From the human T2T-CHM13v2.0 reference genome, Homo sapiens, in assembly GCF_009914755.1 (NCBI RefSeq), contig NC_060925.1: a stretch of DNA of 64,000 bases; one strand, given 5' to 3'. Under the pieces are notes generated by a model. It was not told the origin of the DNA and made no database searches. It was given only the letters and a program-made list of their open reading frames with translations. Position numbers and translations under genes: made by a program. Shown piece after piece: positions 16,610 through 34,058 of the stretch. Each line of letters opens with the position of its first letter. Positions within the stretch are counted from its first letter, which is position 1.

Positions 16610-16816
16610 TCAAAGAAAGGGGTGACGGACGCACCTGGAAAATCGGGTCACTACCAGCTGAATATTGCGCTTTTTGGACCGGCTTAAAAAACGGCGCACC
16701 ACGACATTATATTCCGCACGTGGCTCCGAGGGTCCTACGCCTCGCTGATTGCTAGCACAGCAGTCTGAGATCAAACTGCAAGGCAGCAGCGAGGCTGGGG
16801 GAGGGGCGCCCGCCAT
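16610..16816 (-). CDS. L1 ORF0 (antisense 5' UTR ORF), open, 68 aa
   Basis: MAGAPPPASL...RFSRCVRHPFL matches primate L1 ORF0; true ATG at 16816; 3-codon in-frame deletion. Confidence 0.8.
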   Translation of the reverse strand: MAGAPPPASLLPCSLISDCCASNQRGVGPSEPRAEYNVVVRRFLSRSKKRNIQLVVTRFSRCVRHPFL

Positions 16817-17215
16817 TGCCCAGGCTTGCTTAGGTAAACAAAGCAGCCGGGAAGCTCAAACTGGGTGGAGCCCACCACAGTTCAAGGAGGCCTGCCTGCC
16901 TCTGTAGGCTCCACCTCTGGGGGCAGGGCACAGACAAACAAAAAGACAGCAGTAACCTCTGCAGACTTAAATGTCCCTGTCTGACAGCTTTGAAGAGAGC
17001 AGTGGTTCTCCCAGCATGCAGCTGGAGATCTGAGAACAGGCAGACTGCCTCAGCAGGGGCACACTGACACCTCACACTGCAGGGTATTCCAACAGACCTG
17101 CAGCTGAGGGTCCTATCTGTTAGAAGGAAAACTAACAAACAGAAAGGACATCCACACCAAAAACCCATCTGTACATCACCATCATCAAAGACCAAAAGTA
17201 GATAAAACCACAAAG

Positions 17216-18232
17216 ATGGGGAAAAAACAGAACAGAAAAACTGGAAACTCTAAAAAGCAGAGCGCCTCTCCTCCTCCAAAGGAACGCAGTTCCTCATCAG
17301 CAATGGAACAAAGCTGGATGGAGAATGACTTTGACGAGCTGAGAGAAGAAGGCTTCAGACGATCAAATTACTCTGAGCTACAGGAGGACATTCAAACCAA
17401 AGACAAAGAAGTTGAAAACTTTGAAAAAAATTTAGAAGAATGTATGACTAGAATAACCTATACAGAGAGGTGCTTAAAGGAGCTGATGGAGCTGAAAACC
17501 AAGGCTCGGGAACTACGTGAAGAATGCAGAAGCCTCAGGAGCCGATGCAATCAACTGGAAGAAAGGGTATCAGCGATGGAAGATGAAATGAATGAAATGA
17601 AGTGAGAAGGGAAGTTTAGAGAAAAAAGAATAAAAAGAAATGAGCAAAGCCTCCAAGAAATATGGGACTATGTGAAAAGACCAAATCTACGTCTGATTGG
17701 TGTACCTGAAAGTGATGGGGAGAATGGAAACAAGTTGGAAAACACTCTGCAGGATATTATCCAGGAGAACTTCCCCAATAAAGCAAGGCAGGCCAACGTT
17801 CAGATTCAGGAAATACAGAGAATGCCACAAAGATACTCCTCGAGAAGAGCAACTCCAAGACATATAATTGTCAGATTCACCAAAGTTGAAATGAAGGAAA
17901 AAATGTTAAGGGCAGCCAGAGAGAAAGGTCAGGTTACCCTCAAAGGGAAGCCCATCAGACAAAGAGTGGATATCTCGGCAGAAACCCTACAAGCCAGAAG
18001 AGAGTGGGGGCCAATATTCAACATTCTTAAAGAAAAGAATTTTCAACCCAGAATTTCATATCCAGCCAAACTAAACTTCATAAGTGAAGGAGAAATAAAA
18101 TACTTTACAGACAAGCAAATGCTGAGAGATTTTGTCACCACCAGGCCTGCCCTGAAAGAGCTTCTGAAGGAAGCACTAAACATGGAAAGGAACAACTGGT
18201 ACCAGCCACTGCAAAATCATGCCAAAATGTAA
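17216..18232 (+). pseudogene. L1 ORF1p with a single premature stop
   Basis: MGKKQNRKTGNSK...; TGA at 17603-17605 (CGA>TGA CpG decay); same frame resumes to ...NHAKM*. Confidence 0.93.
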
Positions 18233-18295
18233 AGACCGTCGAGACTAGGAAGAAACTGCATCAACTAACGAGCAAAATCACCAGCTAACATCATA

Positions 18296-22121
<3,826 letters not shown>

Positions 22122-22951
22122 ACAATGAGATCACATGGACACAGGAAGGGGAATATCACACTCTGGGGACTGTGGTGGGGTGGGGGGAGGGGGGAGGGAT
22201 AGCATTGGGAGATATACCTAATGCTAGATGACGAGTTAGTGGGTGCAGCGCACCAGCATAGCACATGTATACATATGTAACTAACCTGCACAATGTGAAC
22301 GTGTACCCTAAAACATAAAGTATAATAAAAAAAAAAGAAAAAAACAAAGTGAATTAAAGACTTAAATCTAAGGCCTAAAACTATGAAACTACTGGAAGAA
22401 AACACTGGGGAAGCACCCCAGGACTTTGGTCTAGACAAAGATTTTTTTATGTCAGACAGCAATAGCATGGGCAACCAAAGCAAAAACAGACAAACAGGAT
22501 AACATCACGCTCAAAAGCTTCCACACAACAAAGGAAACAAAGTGAAGAAGTGACCCACAGAATGGGGAAGAATATTTGCAAAATGTCCATCTAACAAGGG
22601 ATTAATAACCAGAATATATATATATGTAAGGGACTCAAGCAACTTAATAGCAAAAAAAAATTCGATTTTAAAATAAGCAAATATCTGAAAAAATATTTCT
22701 CAAAAGAAGACATACAAATAGCCAACAGGTATAGAAAAATACTCAATATTGCTAACATCAGAGAAATGCAAATTAAAACTACAATGAAATATCTCACCCC
22801 AGTTAAAATGACTTGTATCAAAAAGATAGGCAATAACAAATGCTGGCAAGGATATGGAGAAAGGGGAACCCTCATACACTATTGATGGGAATGTAAATTA
22901 GTACAGTCACTATGGAAAACAGTATGGAGGTTCCTCAAAAAACTAAAAATA

Positions 22952-23085
22952 GGGCCAGGCACAGTGCCTCACATGCCTATAATCCAAGCACTTTTAGACA
23001 CCAAGGTAGCAGATCACTTGAGCTCAGGAGTTTGACTCCAACCTGGGCAACACAGCGAAAAACCATCTCTAAAACTAAAAAAATA
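22952..23085 (+). mobile_element. FLAM_C-like Alu monomer inside L1MA
   Basis: GGCCAGGCACAGTG...CTGGGCAACACAGCGAAA...A-rich tail; flanking AAAAATAG duplicated. Confidence 0.85.
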
Positions 23086-23799
23086 AAAAATAGAACTGCT
23101 ATATGATATACTATATGATCCAGCAATTCCACTACTAGGTATATAATCAAAAGAAAGAAAGGAATTTAATATATTAAAGAGATATCTGCACTCCCATGCT
23201 TATTGCAGCACAATTCACAATAGCCAAAATATGGACCCAACGTACATGCCCATCAATGGATGAATGAATAAAGAAAATGAGGTATATATATGCAGTGAAA
23301 TATTATTCAGCCATGAAAAAAGGATGAAATCTTGCCATTTGCAGCAACATGGATGGAATTGGAGGCCACTGTGTTAAGTAAAATAAGCCAAGCACATAAA
23401 AATAAATATCACATGTTCTCATTTACATGTGGGAGCTAAAAAAGTGGATGCATGAAGATAGAGAACAGATTGGTGGTTACCAGGGAAGGGGTAGAGGGGA
23501 AGGGAGATGAAGGGGGAAAAAGAATATAAATGTAGTTATTACCACTTAACTGTACACTTAAAAATGATAAAGATGATAAATAATTCAAAAAGAAAGACAA
23601 CATCAACAAATAGAGATGTTAAGGTGCCAAAGTAGGCTACAGGACAAGCAAGCTACAGCAAATAATGGCATAATAGTTCCAGGAATGCTGGTAGCTGTTT
23701 CTTGGTGTGGAATTGTTGAGTTTGAAGTAAAATTTTATCTGTACCTGACTCCTCCCACCCCCGGTCTCCCTGCAAAAACACTAGTATTGTCTTTAAGTG

Positions 23800-24030
23800 G
23801 TTCCCTAGCAGCAGTGGCCTGTGTAAACAGTAGTGATTCAAAACCAGAACGGCCCTGTGGAGTGAATCCTACCATGGTTCCTGCTGGTCTTCCTTGATTC
23901 TGGACCTGTCCCTGAGCCTGGTCCTCCAGCCTTGCTGTAGGTACTGTCTTTTCCATGATGTTTCATTCAAAATTCCTTTTCCATTGAAGTCAACTGGAGT
24001 TACATATAACAATAAACCATGAATTATGCA
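23800..24030 (+). mobile_element. Degenerate ERVL-type LTR 3' part
   Basis: CCTGAGCCTGGTCCTCCAGCC...AAATTCCTTTTCC...AATAAACC resembles old ERVL LTR ends. Confidence 0.4.
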
Positions 24031-24149
24031 GTTTGCATTTTTATCTTTCAGCTACAAAGGCTGTTTAGTAGCCCACATCCTATTAACTTTAATTTCAATG
24101 ATAATGTCTGTTTCTTACTGGAGAATACTGGGAGAATAGTGGTGGAGAT

Positions 24150-24880
24150 AGCAAATTAGGGAAATGCAGATTAAAACCAGAATAAGATATTATTTCACAC
24201 CCACCTAGTTGTAAAAAATATGAAAATTCTGAAAATACCAAGTGTTGGTTAGCATGTAAACAGTGGTTGGAGTGTAAAATGGTACAACCACTTTAGAAAA
24301 CAGTTTCTAGTAAAGTGGATGATGTGCACAACTCCCGTGACCCAGCAACATCTACTTGGAAGAATAGATTATAGAGAAAGGCTTATTCATACACGCAGGC
24401 GAAAAGTCCAAGAATGTTCACATGGCATTGTTTGTAATAATTACAGGAGAAAAATGAAAGTACCCCAAATGTTCGATAGGTAAATAGACAACTAACTTGT
24501 AATGTATTTATACAATGGAATATTAAACAGCCATAAAGATGAAATAATTATAGAACATGTCAACATAGATTGATTTTATCAATATCTTTAATGAAAAAAT
24601 GCAATTCACAGAAGGTTGCAAACAATGATTTCAAATGGTATAATATTTGAAAAAGGTGAAGTTAAACAATATTGTTTGGGGATACATAGAAAAGTGGTAA
24701 AATTCAAGTTGGAGTTACCTTTAGAGAGAGGAGAGAAATTTGAATGAGGAGGGACACACAGGGGAACTTCATAGGGACTGGTAATAATCTATTTCTTAAC
24801 GTATTGTTTCTCTAATATTTTTGAAACCACTTATATGTATTATATATGCAGTTTTATAATTACAAAATAATCATAATTTT
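24150..24880 (+). mobile_element. Ancient L1ME 3' end
   Basis: GGGAAATGCAGATTAAAACC, GTAAAATGGTACAACCACTT, ACAATGGAATATTAAACAGCCATA. Confidence 0.75.
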
Positions 24881-26189
24881 TTAAAAGCAATTTTGTGACT
24901 CAGCTGGCTGCCACTTCAAATGCTCATGAATTTGAAAAAAGTAATTTAAAAAAAGAAAATGTCTTCTGCCTACATAACCCTGTTTACCTACTAAACAGGT
25001 TTGGTTTTGTTTTTTTGTTTGTAATCATAGGATTCAGCGTCTTGTATAGTCTTGTGAATCATGAATCTCCAAGAGAAGAACTTAAAATTCCATAATTTCC
25101 AAACTTTTTTAACCATGGAATATTTAGACTTGGAATACCTAAAATACAGATATGGTTCGAGAAAAATACTTTTCTACAGATGTGTCCTAGTTCTGTGCCA
25201 CACCTCCCACCCCCAACCCGGAGCTATTCATTTCTGCATTCTTGGTCCCAAACCCTAGCTGAGTGTCTAGGACGCTGCTTCCCATCTGCCTACCTAGACT
25301 CCTGTTCACTGCTGGCTCCTAGGTTCCTAGAGATGTTGCAAAACCTGCTTGCTTGGAAAAGTCCACATTCTGGCCTTCCACTCTGGCCTGAGACAGGATT
25401 TCTCCGGGCCTGTCGTCCTCCACATACCCCTTTCATGCTGTGTTCTACCTGCGGCACTGGCGTTCCTCCCAGCACTTGCGGAGGGGCCTGTCTGCTTATC
25501 GCTTATTCCAGCACAGGAGGCAGTCATTCCAGATCATCCGACCCTGCCCTGCTCCCCAACCCGTCAGATCATATTGGATGTGACTTGACATAAGATCATG
25601 AGACTTGAAAATCATATCCCTGGGGACAAGCAGAACTGGAGTGACAGAGAAGAAAAGACTTAGGCAGACAGGCACCAGAAAAGTATTGCGGCATTTGCCC
25701 GTGAGGTCACCACTAAACACATGGTCATTTCTGAGGCTCAAAGTGTAGCCCAGAATCATAGCTGAAATCTCTGGGTCTTCCAAAGAGAAGAATCAGCCTT
25801 AATAGTTGATTAGTGGATATGACTCAAGCAAGCCAGATAGCCCACAGACAAATGGGCCATGGAAGAAGAAAACCCTTACAAAAGCAGCACTACCAGCAGC
25901 CTCTGAGATAGACAAGCAGAAGGCTACAGGGCTACAAGGCAGTGAGAAGCGCAGAAATGCTATTGTGGAGGATCTTAGGAGGCAGGACCTGAGTTCCGGA
26001 CAATTGCAGCTAAGGGTGAAATGAAGCCAGGTAAATACTGTTGTGACTATATTTTTGTCCCCTCTGTTTCTCTCTCCATCTCCCTGACTTATGTGGCCTG
26101 GGGAAAGAGAAGTTATGTTACAAATGAAATTCAAATTAGTATGTTGTGACTTACTAAGTAACGTTTCAAACTTTAAGACAAAAGTCAAA

Positions 26190-26724
26190 CAGTATAGGGT
26201 TCTTTAAGCAGTTCTGGCTAGCGTTAAATGAAAAGGAATATTTTTGAAGAATATCAGATAACTCACAGAATCAACAGAAAGCTGGAGAACAAGGCCCAGA
26301 AACACGATGGAAACCCAGGATGGCCAGTGGGGACTAGCCAGGGCCTCAGGACCCATATGGGTAGGGCAGTGTCTGTGCTGCCCTAGGCCACCACAGCCTA
26401 GGGGTGCTCAAAACCAACAGGGCTGACTGCCAAATCTCAAAGGCTCTGCCGCCACCATAAGGAAAGTCTGACCTCTTCCAGATTCTTAGCAAAGTTCTCT
26501 TAAGAGTCAAAGTGTGAGACGGTACTGCCTGTTTGGCTGAACCAAGATCACAGGCTGGCTCCTGCATGGCCTTTGGGCTGGGAGAGAGGAACTCCCCCCT
26601 TTGGTTTCCATCGTGAAAGAAGAGCAGCCTGCACACCCAGCAGGCAGGTGGGTGGGGAGGTCCCAAACCCAGAATGGTGCGTAGCTGGCTGAGCAGCACA
26701 AAGAAATGACGACTGTTCACTACA
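26190..26724 (-). mobile_element. MaLR LTR (MLT1K/L-like)
   Basis: AAAAGGAATATTTTTGAAGAATATCAG...CTCACAGAATC; terminus TGTTCACTACA. Confidence 0.55.
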
Positions 26725-28329
26725 ACATTATAATGTTGTGCGGTGCTATAAACTAACAGTACTGTGAATAATAACTATTAAAATGAGTGTGAAATGACTT
26801 AATGTGAATAAATGAAGAAATGCTGTGTGTGAGTGTGAATGACTATGAAGGCTGCCAGCTGTGAGCAACAAGAGGATTGCAAGAGGAAATCAAAGGACAC
26901 AGCTTCACAGGTGACAGCACAGAGGCCAGAGAACAGAACTAGCACAAGGTTCCCAGACCTGCAGGGAACTGACTAAGGAAGAGCTAGAAGCTTCTGTCAG
27001 GCTGGGAAGGGGCCTCAGCATGAACAGAAAGTCCCCCTCCACTAGGCTCAGAGAGGGCTGGTACCTCAGGGGTCTTCTTAAGGAAAAGCTCAGCTGAATA
27101 GAGCAAGTTCTTGCCAATAAAACTCCCCAGACGATTCCATGTCAACCACAGCTGCAAATGGAGAGTGGTCATCTCTGAATGATGGGGTTGATAGGAAGTA
27201 TTTATCTCTGTTTAGAATATTCATGTGCTAAGCTTTCTATGGTAAACATGTGTGGCTTTTATAATCAGAAAAGAAAGAGTGAAAGAAATAAGACAAACTT
27301 CGGTAAAAGCTGCCCCTTTCTTTTCTCTTCCTGTAAGAATAAATAAATCATCTTAGGATAACAATTAGAAACTGAATGTGCCAGAGGGAATATGTGTCTG
27401 ATGTGTGTGTCAAAGAGAAAATTTAGCAAATTGTAAATCTGTAAGAAACTAGAACTTGGCCCTCATGGCTTCAGTTTGGACTGGTTTGAATTGGGTTGTC
27501 AATTTAATTGCTACTAACTGGGTTCTCACTTTGCAAACAAACAAACAAAAACCCAAAACTTCTTATTTAATTTGAGAGGACAAAGATCTCTATCTTTAGG
27601 GTTAACACCCTGCCTTCAGCCTCTTCCTCCACCACACTCGTATTTTTCTGGGGGTCCCCTCTGTTGTTCTCCAGAGCAGCCCATTCAGCCCCCAAAGAAT
27701 GTGCATAGATTATTTTGTCACAGGAATGGCTCCTTGGAGCACGCAAATGCACCCTGCAGCAGGTGCTAGCTCGCAGAAGGTTGAACACCAAGGGGGCCAA
27801 GCCTGCAAAAGGGAGGCACCAATGCAGGATATGCAAGTCCCCAGGGTGGCAAAGCCTTTTCATATTCTAGACACCAGGGCAGGGTGGAGAGGAAATCCAA
27901 CTCAGAGAAGGATGGCGAGTGGTGTGACTGCAGGTGTAGTACAGAGGGTTCACTCTTAGGAAATCCACCTGAGGGGAGGCAAGGGGAAGCCCCAGGAAAG
28001 GGCCGGGGTGCTGGAAATCTGAGAAATCTGAGCTGAGAGGCAGGCAGGGTCTGTTTTCATGCACCACATGCCCAACCTAACCTGGGCCTTCAGGGAGCTG
28101 TCCACACCCTGTCCACAAGCCATGTGTTCAGGACTTGACCCACAAGCCACCCAGCCTTCTGTACCCATTCCACACCTCATTCCATATTCTGGTCTCTCCA
28201 TGTTTATTGTCCCTGCTTCCTTGGTCCCTTTCCAGTTCTCTCCTATAGCATACCTTTCTTACTAAAGAAGTAACTCAAAGTAATTCATCATTCTTCTTTA
28301 CTAGAGATAAATCAATGCTAAGAAGTGGT

Positions 28330-28396
28330 TAAAAAAAAAAAGAAAGAAAAAGAAAGAAAGAGAGAGAAAGAAAAATGTTAAAAAAAAAAAAAAAAG
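28330..28396 (+). repeat. A/GA-rich low-complexity tract
   Basis: Two A runs separated by GAAA/GA units. Confidence 0.9.
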
Positions 28397-28476
28397 AGCT
28401 CCTTAAAGAGATTTTCTTCCTGTGTAGTGAGAGGAATTGAAAGAGCATTGAATAAAAAGAGAATTGTACAGATAAA

Positions 28477-28650
28477 CAGTGGTATACCAAGGATGGAGGA
28501 TGGGGAGAGTTGTCCATCAACGTGAGGAATATTTTATCACTGACATTGCTTAGAACTGTCAGTGCATGGTGATAATAAAAAGCAGACCGACTTTTTCTTG
28601 TATCTATTATTGTTTTAAAGTTCTCCATGACATTGCACATCGTTATTTCT
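28477..28650. mobile_element. Ancient hAT-type DNA transposon fragment
   Basis: CAGTGGTATACC terminus and ATTTTATCACTGACATTG...GGTGATAATAAAAAGCAGACCGACTTTT, recalled from an old hAT MITE. Confidence 0.45.
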
Positions 28651-28814
28651 TGCATTCAAGGCAAAGCACTCCAACCTCCTTTGGTACTGACCAGCTCTCT
28701 GAGTCTTTCTGTGTTCCAAGTGAATCTGCACATTGCAATCATTTTCATCAATAGACTTTGATTTCTCAATCCATAAAACGGCATCCACAAAGCAGAAACA
28801 ATGGAGGCCAGGGG

Positions 28815-28940
28815 AGATTTAGATATCATTTAGTCCAATCCTCTCATTTCACAGTGAAGGAGATAGGTGGAGATAGGTGATGTGACTTGTCCAAGTTGGT
28901 GCCAGAGCTAGGTCTTAACCTCAAGTCTCTGATTCTCTAC
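28815..28940 (-). mobile_element. MIR
   Basis: ATCATTTAGTCCAATCCTCTCATTTCACAG...GTGACTTGTCCAAG. Confidence 0.65.
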
Positions 28941-29789
28941 ATCCAGGATTGTATCTAGTACAGAAAGGGGCAGAGCTAGCTCAAAATTTTACAGTTATTT
29001 TTAGGTCCCTTTCCCAATTCAACCAAGAACTTTCTCTTAACTACTGAAGGCTCTAATAAAATAATGTGATCTGTGCCTGAGCCTGAAGACAGCTGTCTCG
29101 GAAGAGGATCAAAATCCCTCCCCTTACAGTCACCCGAACATGGACTTGATGGCTCCCCTGGATTCTATTCATAGAATGTTCCTGCATTATTGCAATAAAA
29201 AGTGCAAAAAAATCCCCTTTCCCAGGCATGTTGCTTCCTGCACTGCTCCAACTTTTATAGCTTCTTCAATTGGCCACTCCATGTAGCTTGTGGCATTAAT
29301 TACTCTGCACCCTTCATTTGGAAGCAGAGCTTCTCTAAAACCTTCAAGTTTTTCTCAGCTCCAGCCATTGCAGCAACCCCAGCACCTGGGAGCCATGAGG
29401 TCATTGCCACCTTTCCAGGTCCTACTGATATCTTAGAGATGCAATAGTGGAAAACATTAGCATATCTGGAACTCAGTTATGTTTTTATTCTTCCATCCTT
29501 GGCCAGAAGAGTTTCTTTTCCCAAACCCCTGTGATACAGAGATGGGCATGATGGCTATGAGTGCTCTCAAAAACAACCAGATTTAACATCAGCTAGAATA
29601 GAGGTTCTAGAATGAATGAAGCAAATCAGCTCCTCCCCCACTGCAGAAATCATGACCTGGTGTGCTCCACAAGCAGGCTGATGTTTTTTCCAGTTGTCCA
29701 TTATTTTTAGATTATCCATGTCATTCTTCTCATTAGCCCAAGTCATTGAGAGTTCACAGTTGGTATTGCTGAATCATTGCCCAAGTCAC

Positions 29790-30835
29790 TCAGCCTCCTG
29801 ATTAAAAACAGATCAAAAAAGCTTGTTAGTTCATCATTACTTATAGAAGAAAGGCTCAACTCCGTAGCAGGATGTTCAAGCCTTTCCTAAACTGGCCCCA
29901 ACCAACCTCGCCAGCTTCATCACCCATCATGACTGTAAAGCTCTTGTCTTTCCTTCTCACACTCCCACTTTCCATGTCTAATGCTCACTCATCCTCCAGG
30001 ATTCCGCTTAAGTCATCTTCTCCAAGAACTCTACTTTGACAGCATCTAGGCCCTTACTCAGAGCTCCCTTACCTCCATCTTAGACTTGTCACTCTGCTTT
30101 CATGTTTCCTTGTCTGTTTCCTCCACTAGACTGTGATCTCTAGGGGCGCCACTGCATGACAAATGTGTGACTGTGAACAAGTCTTTTACCTTAAATTTCA
30201 ATTTCATCATTTGTAAATGAGAATAAGAATGGTACCCTCTCCAGCAGTTATCAGGAAGAATACATGGGTTAATACATATAAAGCATTTAGTAAGCTCTCA
30301 ATAAATATTTGCTATTATTATGATTAGTATTCAAGGCATAGACAAGGTTCATAATTCTTGGTCTTCCCAATATCTAAGTCAACACCTGGCACACAACAAA
30401 TACTCAACAATTACTTGTTGAGTAAATTAATAAATAATAAATATTCCATCCAAACCTATTTGCCGTTTTCTAAACACTCCATGCCTTTTATGGCTCTTTG
30501 TCCTTACACACTCTGTTTGGAATATCTGTTCCTCCCTACTCCCCTTACCCCCATCCCTTTTCTAACTTCAAGACTAAGATCAAATGTCACCTCCTCTTTT
30601 CAACACCCTGGGGTCCTGGAGCAGATTTAACTGAGTTTGCACAGAACTTTGTTCATGCCATTGTCATCATACTCATGGCATTATCTTACAATTATTATAA
30701 TGGTTTGCTTACAATACATTAATTTCTCCATCTCTACAGTGAGCTCCTCTAGAACAATGACTGATTCATGTATCCCCTAACCCAGTTTCAACTCAGTAGC
30801 TAGCACAGTGCTGGCATACATTAGGCATCTAATTG
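29790..30835 (+). mobile_element. L2 fragments with an embedded MIR (~30165-30320)
   Basis: L2 3' motifs CCACTAGACTGTGA, CCTGGCACACAACAAATACTCAA, GCACAGTGCTGGCATA; MIR core TTTCATCATTTGTAAATGAGAATAAG. Confidence 0.6.
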
Positions 30836-31370
30836 ACATAGAATAGGTTCCCCAGTGAGTCCAGAGGTTGATCCTGCTGCTTCAGAGATAGTGAGATAAA
30901 ACCTAAGGACCTTTCCTGGAGAGGCAGGGAATATGGCTGTGTGCTTGGAGCAACACTGCCATTTCTTTATTTCTCCTGCTCACTACGTAAACACCCTAAC
31001 AACAGTAAAGCAGTCATTTAAATGGGAAAGCAGCATCATCCGCTATACTATTATACTAACACATCAACTGCTTTCATTTTTCTTTGTTCCCCTAAAGTCT
31101 TTTATTTATATGCATGCATAAGTTTGCATGGTTGCACTCATAATGTAGACACATTTTAGCATATTGCTTTTTTACTTAACCTTCTCTCATAACATATTTG
31201 CAAGTTACTATACTGTCTACAAAATGATTCTGGCTGTATAATATTCCATTTGGTGGTTTTAAGTTACCACTATTAAAAATAATGCTATACCAAATATCTT
31301 TTTGCACAGAACTTTTCTTCTTCTAATTGGTGGGATTTTTTTTCAAACACTCCTTTCTAAGACTTTGTAA

Positions 31371-31745
<375 letters not shown>

Positions 31746-31782
31746 TGAAGTACAGAAGGTCAGTTAAGGCAGACCCCTAGAA

Positions 31783-31950
31783 TAATAGTTCTCAGTCTCT
31801 GGACAGGCTTTAGGATCCAGAGGATTACTTGAGGATCTTTTGAAACTACCAATGTACAAGTTTCACCCCAGATCAACTGAATCAGAATCTGGGAATGGAG
31901 CAATAGAATGTTTTAAAAGGTTACAATGCCAGTGAAAGACGCTTGTCTAG
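31783..31950. mobile_element. MER5-like hAT-Charlie fragment
   Basis: ATAGTTCTCA...CACCCCAGATCAACTGAATCAGAATCTGGG. Confidence 0.55.
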
Positions 31951-32152
31951 ATTCTACCTGTCTCTACCAGGTCAAATAATTAGCAAGAGCATCATGGCAA
32001 ACAGTTTAATGAGTCCTAGTTCTAGAGCAGAGACTGATGTCACCTGCTGGAGGTGGCCTCTCTGGACTACAAGGATTAGTGATATGCAGAAGGTCATTGG
32101 AGACTCATGGGACAAATCTGACTGGTCTCATAATCACTCACTCAAGAAGTAC

Positions 32153-32435
32153 GTTTTTGTTTTTTTTAGACAGGGTCTCTCTCTGTTGCCCAGGCCAGAG
32201 TGCACAGCCACTGCAGCCTTGACCTCTCAGGCCCAAGTGATCCTCCTGCCTCAGCCTCTTGAGTAGCTGAGACTACAAGCATGTGCCACCATACCCAGCT
32301 AAGTTTGAAATTTTTTTGTAGAGACTGGTCTCACGATGTCACCCAGGCTGGTCTTGAACTCCTGGGCTCAAGCGATCCTCCCACCTTGGCCTCCCAAAAT
32401 GCTGGGATTACAGGTGTGAGGCAATGCGACTGGCC
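32153..32435 (-). mobile_element. AluJ with a small internal deletion
   Basis: AGACAGGGTCTC...CTCCTGGGCTCAAGCGATCC; TSD AAGAAGTAC on both sides. Confidence 0.9.
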
Positions 32436-32494
32436 AAGAAGTACTTATTGATTGCCAAACTGAACTAAACTACATCAGAGTTTTGAATTCCAGT

Positions 32495-33890
32495 CAAACA
32501 TATCCCATGGCCTGCTCTACATTCTTGCTTAAACATAAACAGACATCTTGAACTTGACGTATTTAAAACCTAACACCTGATTTATCCTGATCAAACCAGC
32601 TGGTCCAACAGTCTTCCACATCTCAATTAATGGAACCTCCTACCCTCTGATTACTCAGGCCCCAAACGTTGGTATCATCCTTGATGCCTCTCCTTCTGTC
32701 ACATTTTACATTCCAACCCATCAATGAATCCTGCAGGTTTTCCCTTCAAAATACATCTAGAATCTAACCACTTCTCACCACCTCCACCCACTGTCTCCCT
32801 GCCCCAAGCCACCACCATCACTTGCCTGAATTATAGCAATAGCTTCTGAAAAATTGTCCCTGATTAACCCTTGCCCCTTGCAGACTTTTCTTCACACAGC
32901 AGCCAGAGTAATTTTTAAAAACATAAGTCAAATTACACCACTTATCTGTAAAACTTACAGTGTCTTCCAATCTCACTCAGAGTATGATGTGCCAGTTTGA
33001 CTGAGCCATGGAGAGCCCGGATGTTTGCTCAAACATTATTCTGGGTGTGTCAGTCAAGGTGTTTCTCAATGACATTAACATTTGGATCTGTTGATAGTAA
33101 AGCAAATTGCCCTTCTCAGTGTGGGTGGCCTCATCCAATCAGTTGAAAGCTGACTAGAACAAAAGGGCTGATCCTTCCACAAGTAAGGGGGACTCCTCCT
33201 TCCTGACTGCCTTTGAGCTGAAACACTGGCTTTTTTCCACCCCTCAGGCTTAAACTAAAATATTGGTTCTTCCCAGGTCTCCAGCCTGCCAGTATGCAAA
33301 CTAGAACTACACCACTGAGTCTCCTGGGTCTCTAGGGTGCCAACAGCAGATCTTGGGACTTGTCAAACCGCATAATTGCATGAGCTAATTCCTTACAATA
33401 AGTCTGTTTATATATACACCCTGTTGATTCTGTTTCTCTGCAGAACCCTGACTAACACACAGATCCAAAGTCTTTACCAAGACCTCCAGGGTCTTATATA
33501 ATCAGACCTCCTATTACCTCTCCTTCTCCTCTCCATCTTCCTCCTCATTTCCTTCCTCTCCCCTTCAAATGCTGTGCTCCCACAATGTTAGCCTCAAATG
33601 AGTCAAACATATGTCCCCCTTGGGACTTTTGCACCTGCTGTTCCTTCTGCCCGGAAAGCTCTTCTGCACAGCTCACTCCTTCACTTGCTAAAGGTCTCTC
33701 CCAGCTCACTGATGTCTTATTGGAGAGGACAACCTTGACACACGCCTCTGTCCCATATAAAATAGCAATCCATCCCCATATGACATTCCTAAGTCTTCTT
33801 CTCCTGCTTTAATTTTCTCTGTCATGCCCTTGACTGCCTGATATATTAAATATTTGTCTGCTTACTGTCTTTTCCCACACTAAAATGACT
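32495..33890 (+). mobile_element. L2a, split by MLT2
   Basis: ACTCAGGCCCCAAAC...TCATCCTTGA, CTTCAAAATACATCTAGAATC, CACACAGCAGCCAGAG, GGGACTTTTGCACCTGCTGTTCC. Confidence 0.75.
32984..33459 (+). mobile_element. MLT2 (MLT2D-like) ERVL solo LTR
   Basis: CAAACATTATTCTGGGTGTG, GTGGGTGGCCTCATCCAATCAGTTGAA; end TCTGTTTCTCTGCAGAACCCTGACTAACACA. Confidence 0.85.
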
Positions 33891-34058
33891 CAGACAAAAA
33901 AACACACAGATAGAAAAACAAGCAGTAAAGGAGGATAAAGCATGAGAAGGCATTGTCTCAAATAGGGGAGTTAGGAAAGGCCTCCTTGAGGAAATGAAAT
34001 GGATACAAAGCCTAGGTGAAGTGAGGGAGAATCAGGCTGAAAATGGGAAAGAGAGGCT

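Noticed and set aside
23616-23956. Overlapping ORFs as a possible processed pseudogene
   Set aside because: No recognisable protein similarity, poly(A) or TSD; the 3' part looks LTR-derived.
25800-26040. Possible exon ending at CAG|GTAAAT
   Set aside because: A lone donor-like motif without supporting evidence; cannot be called from sequence alone.
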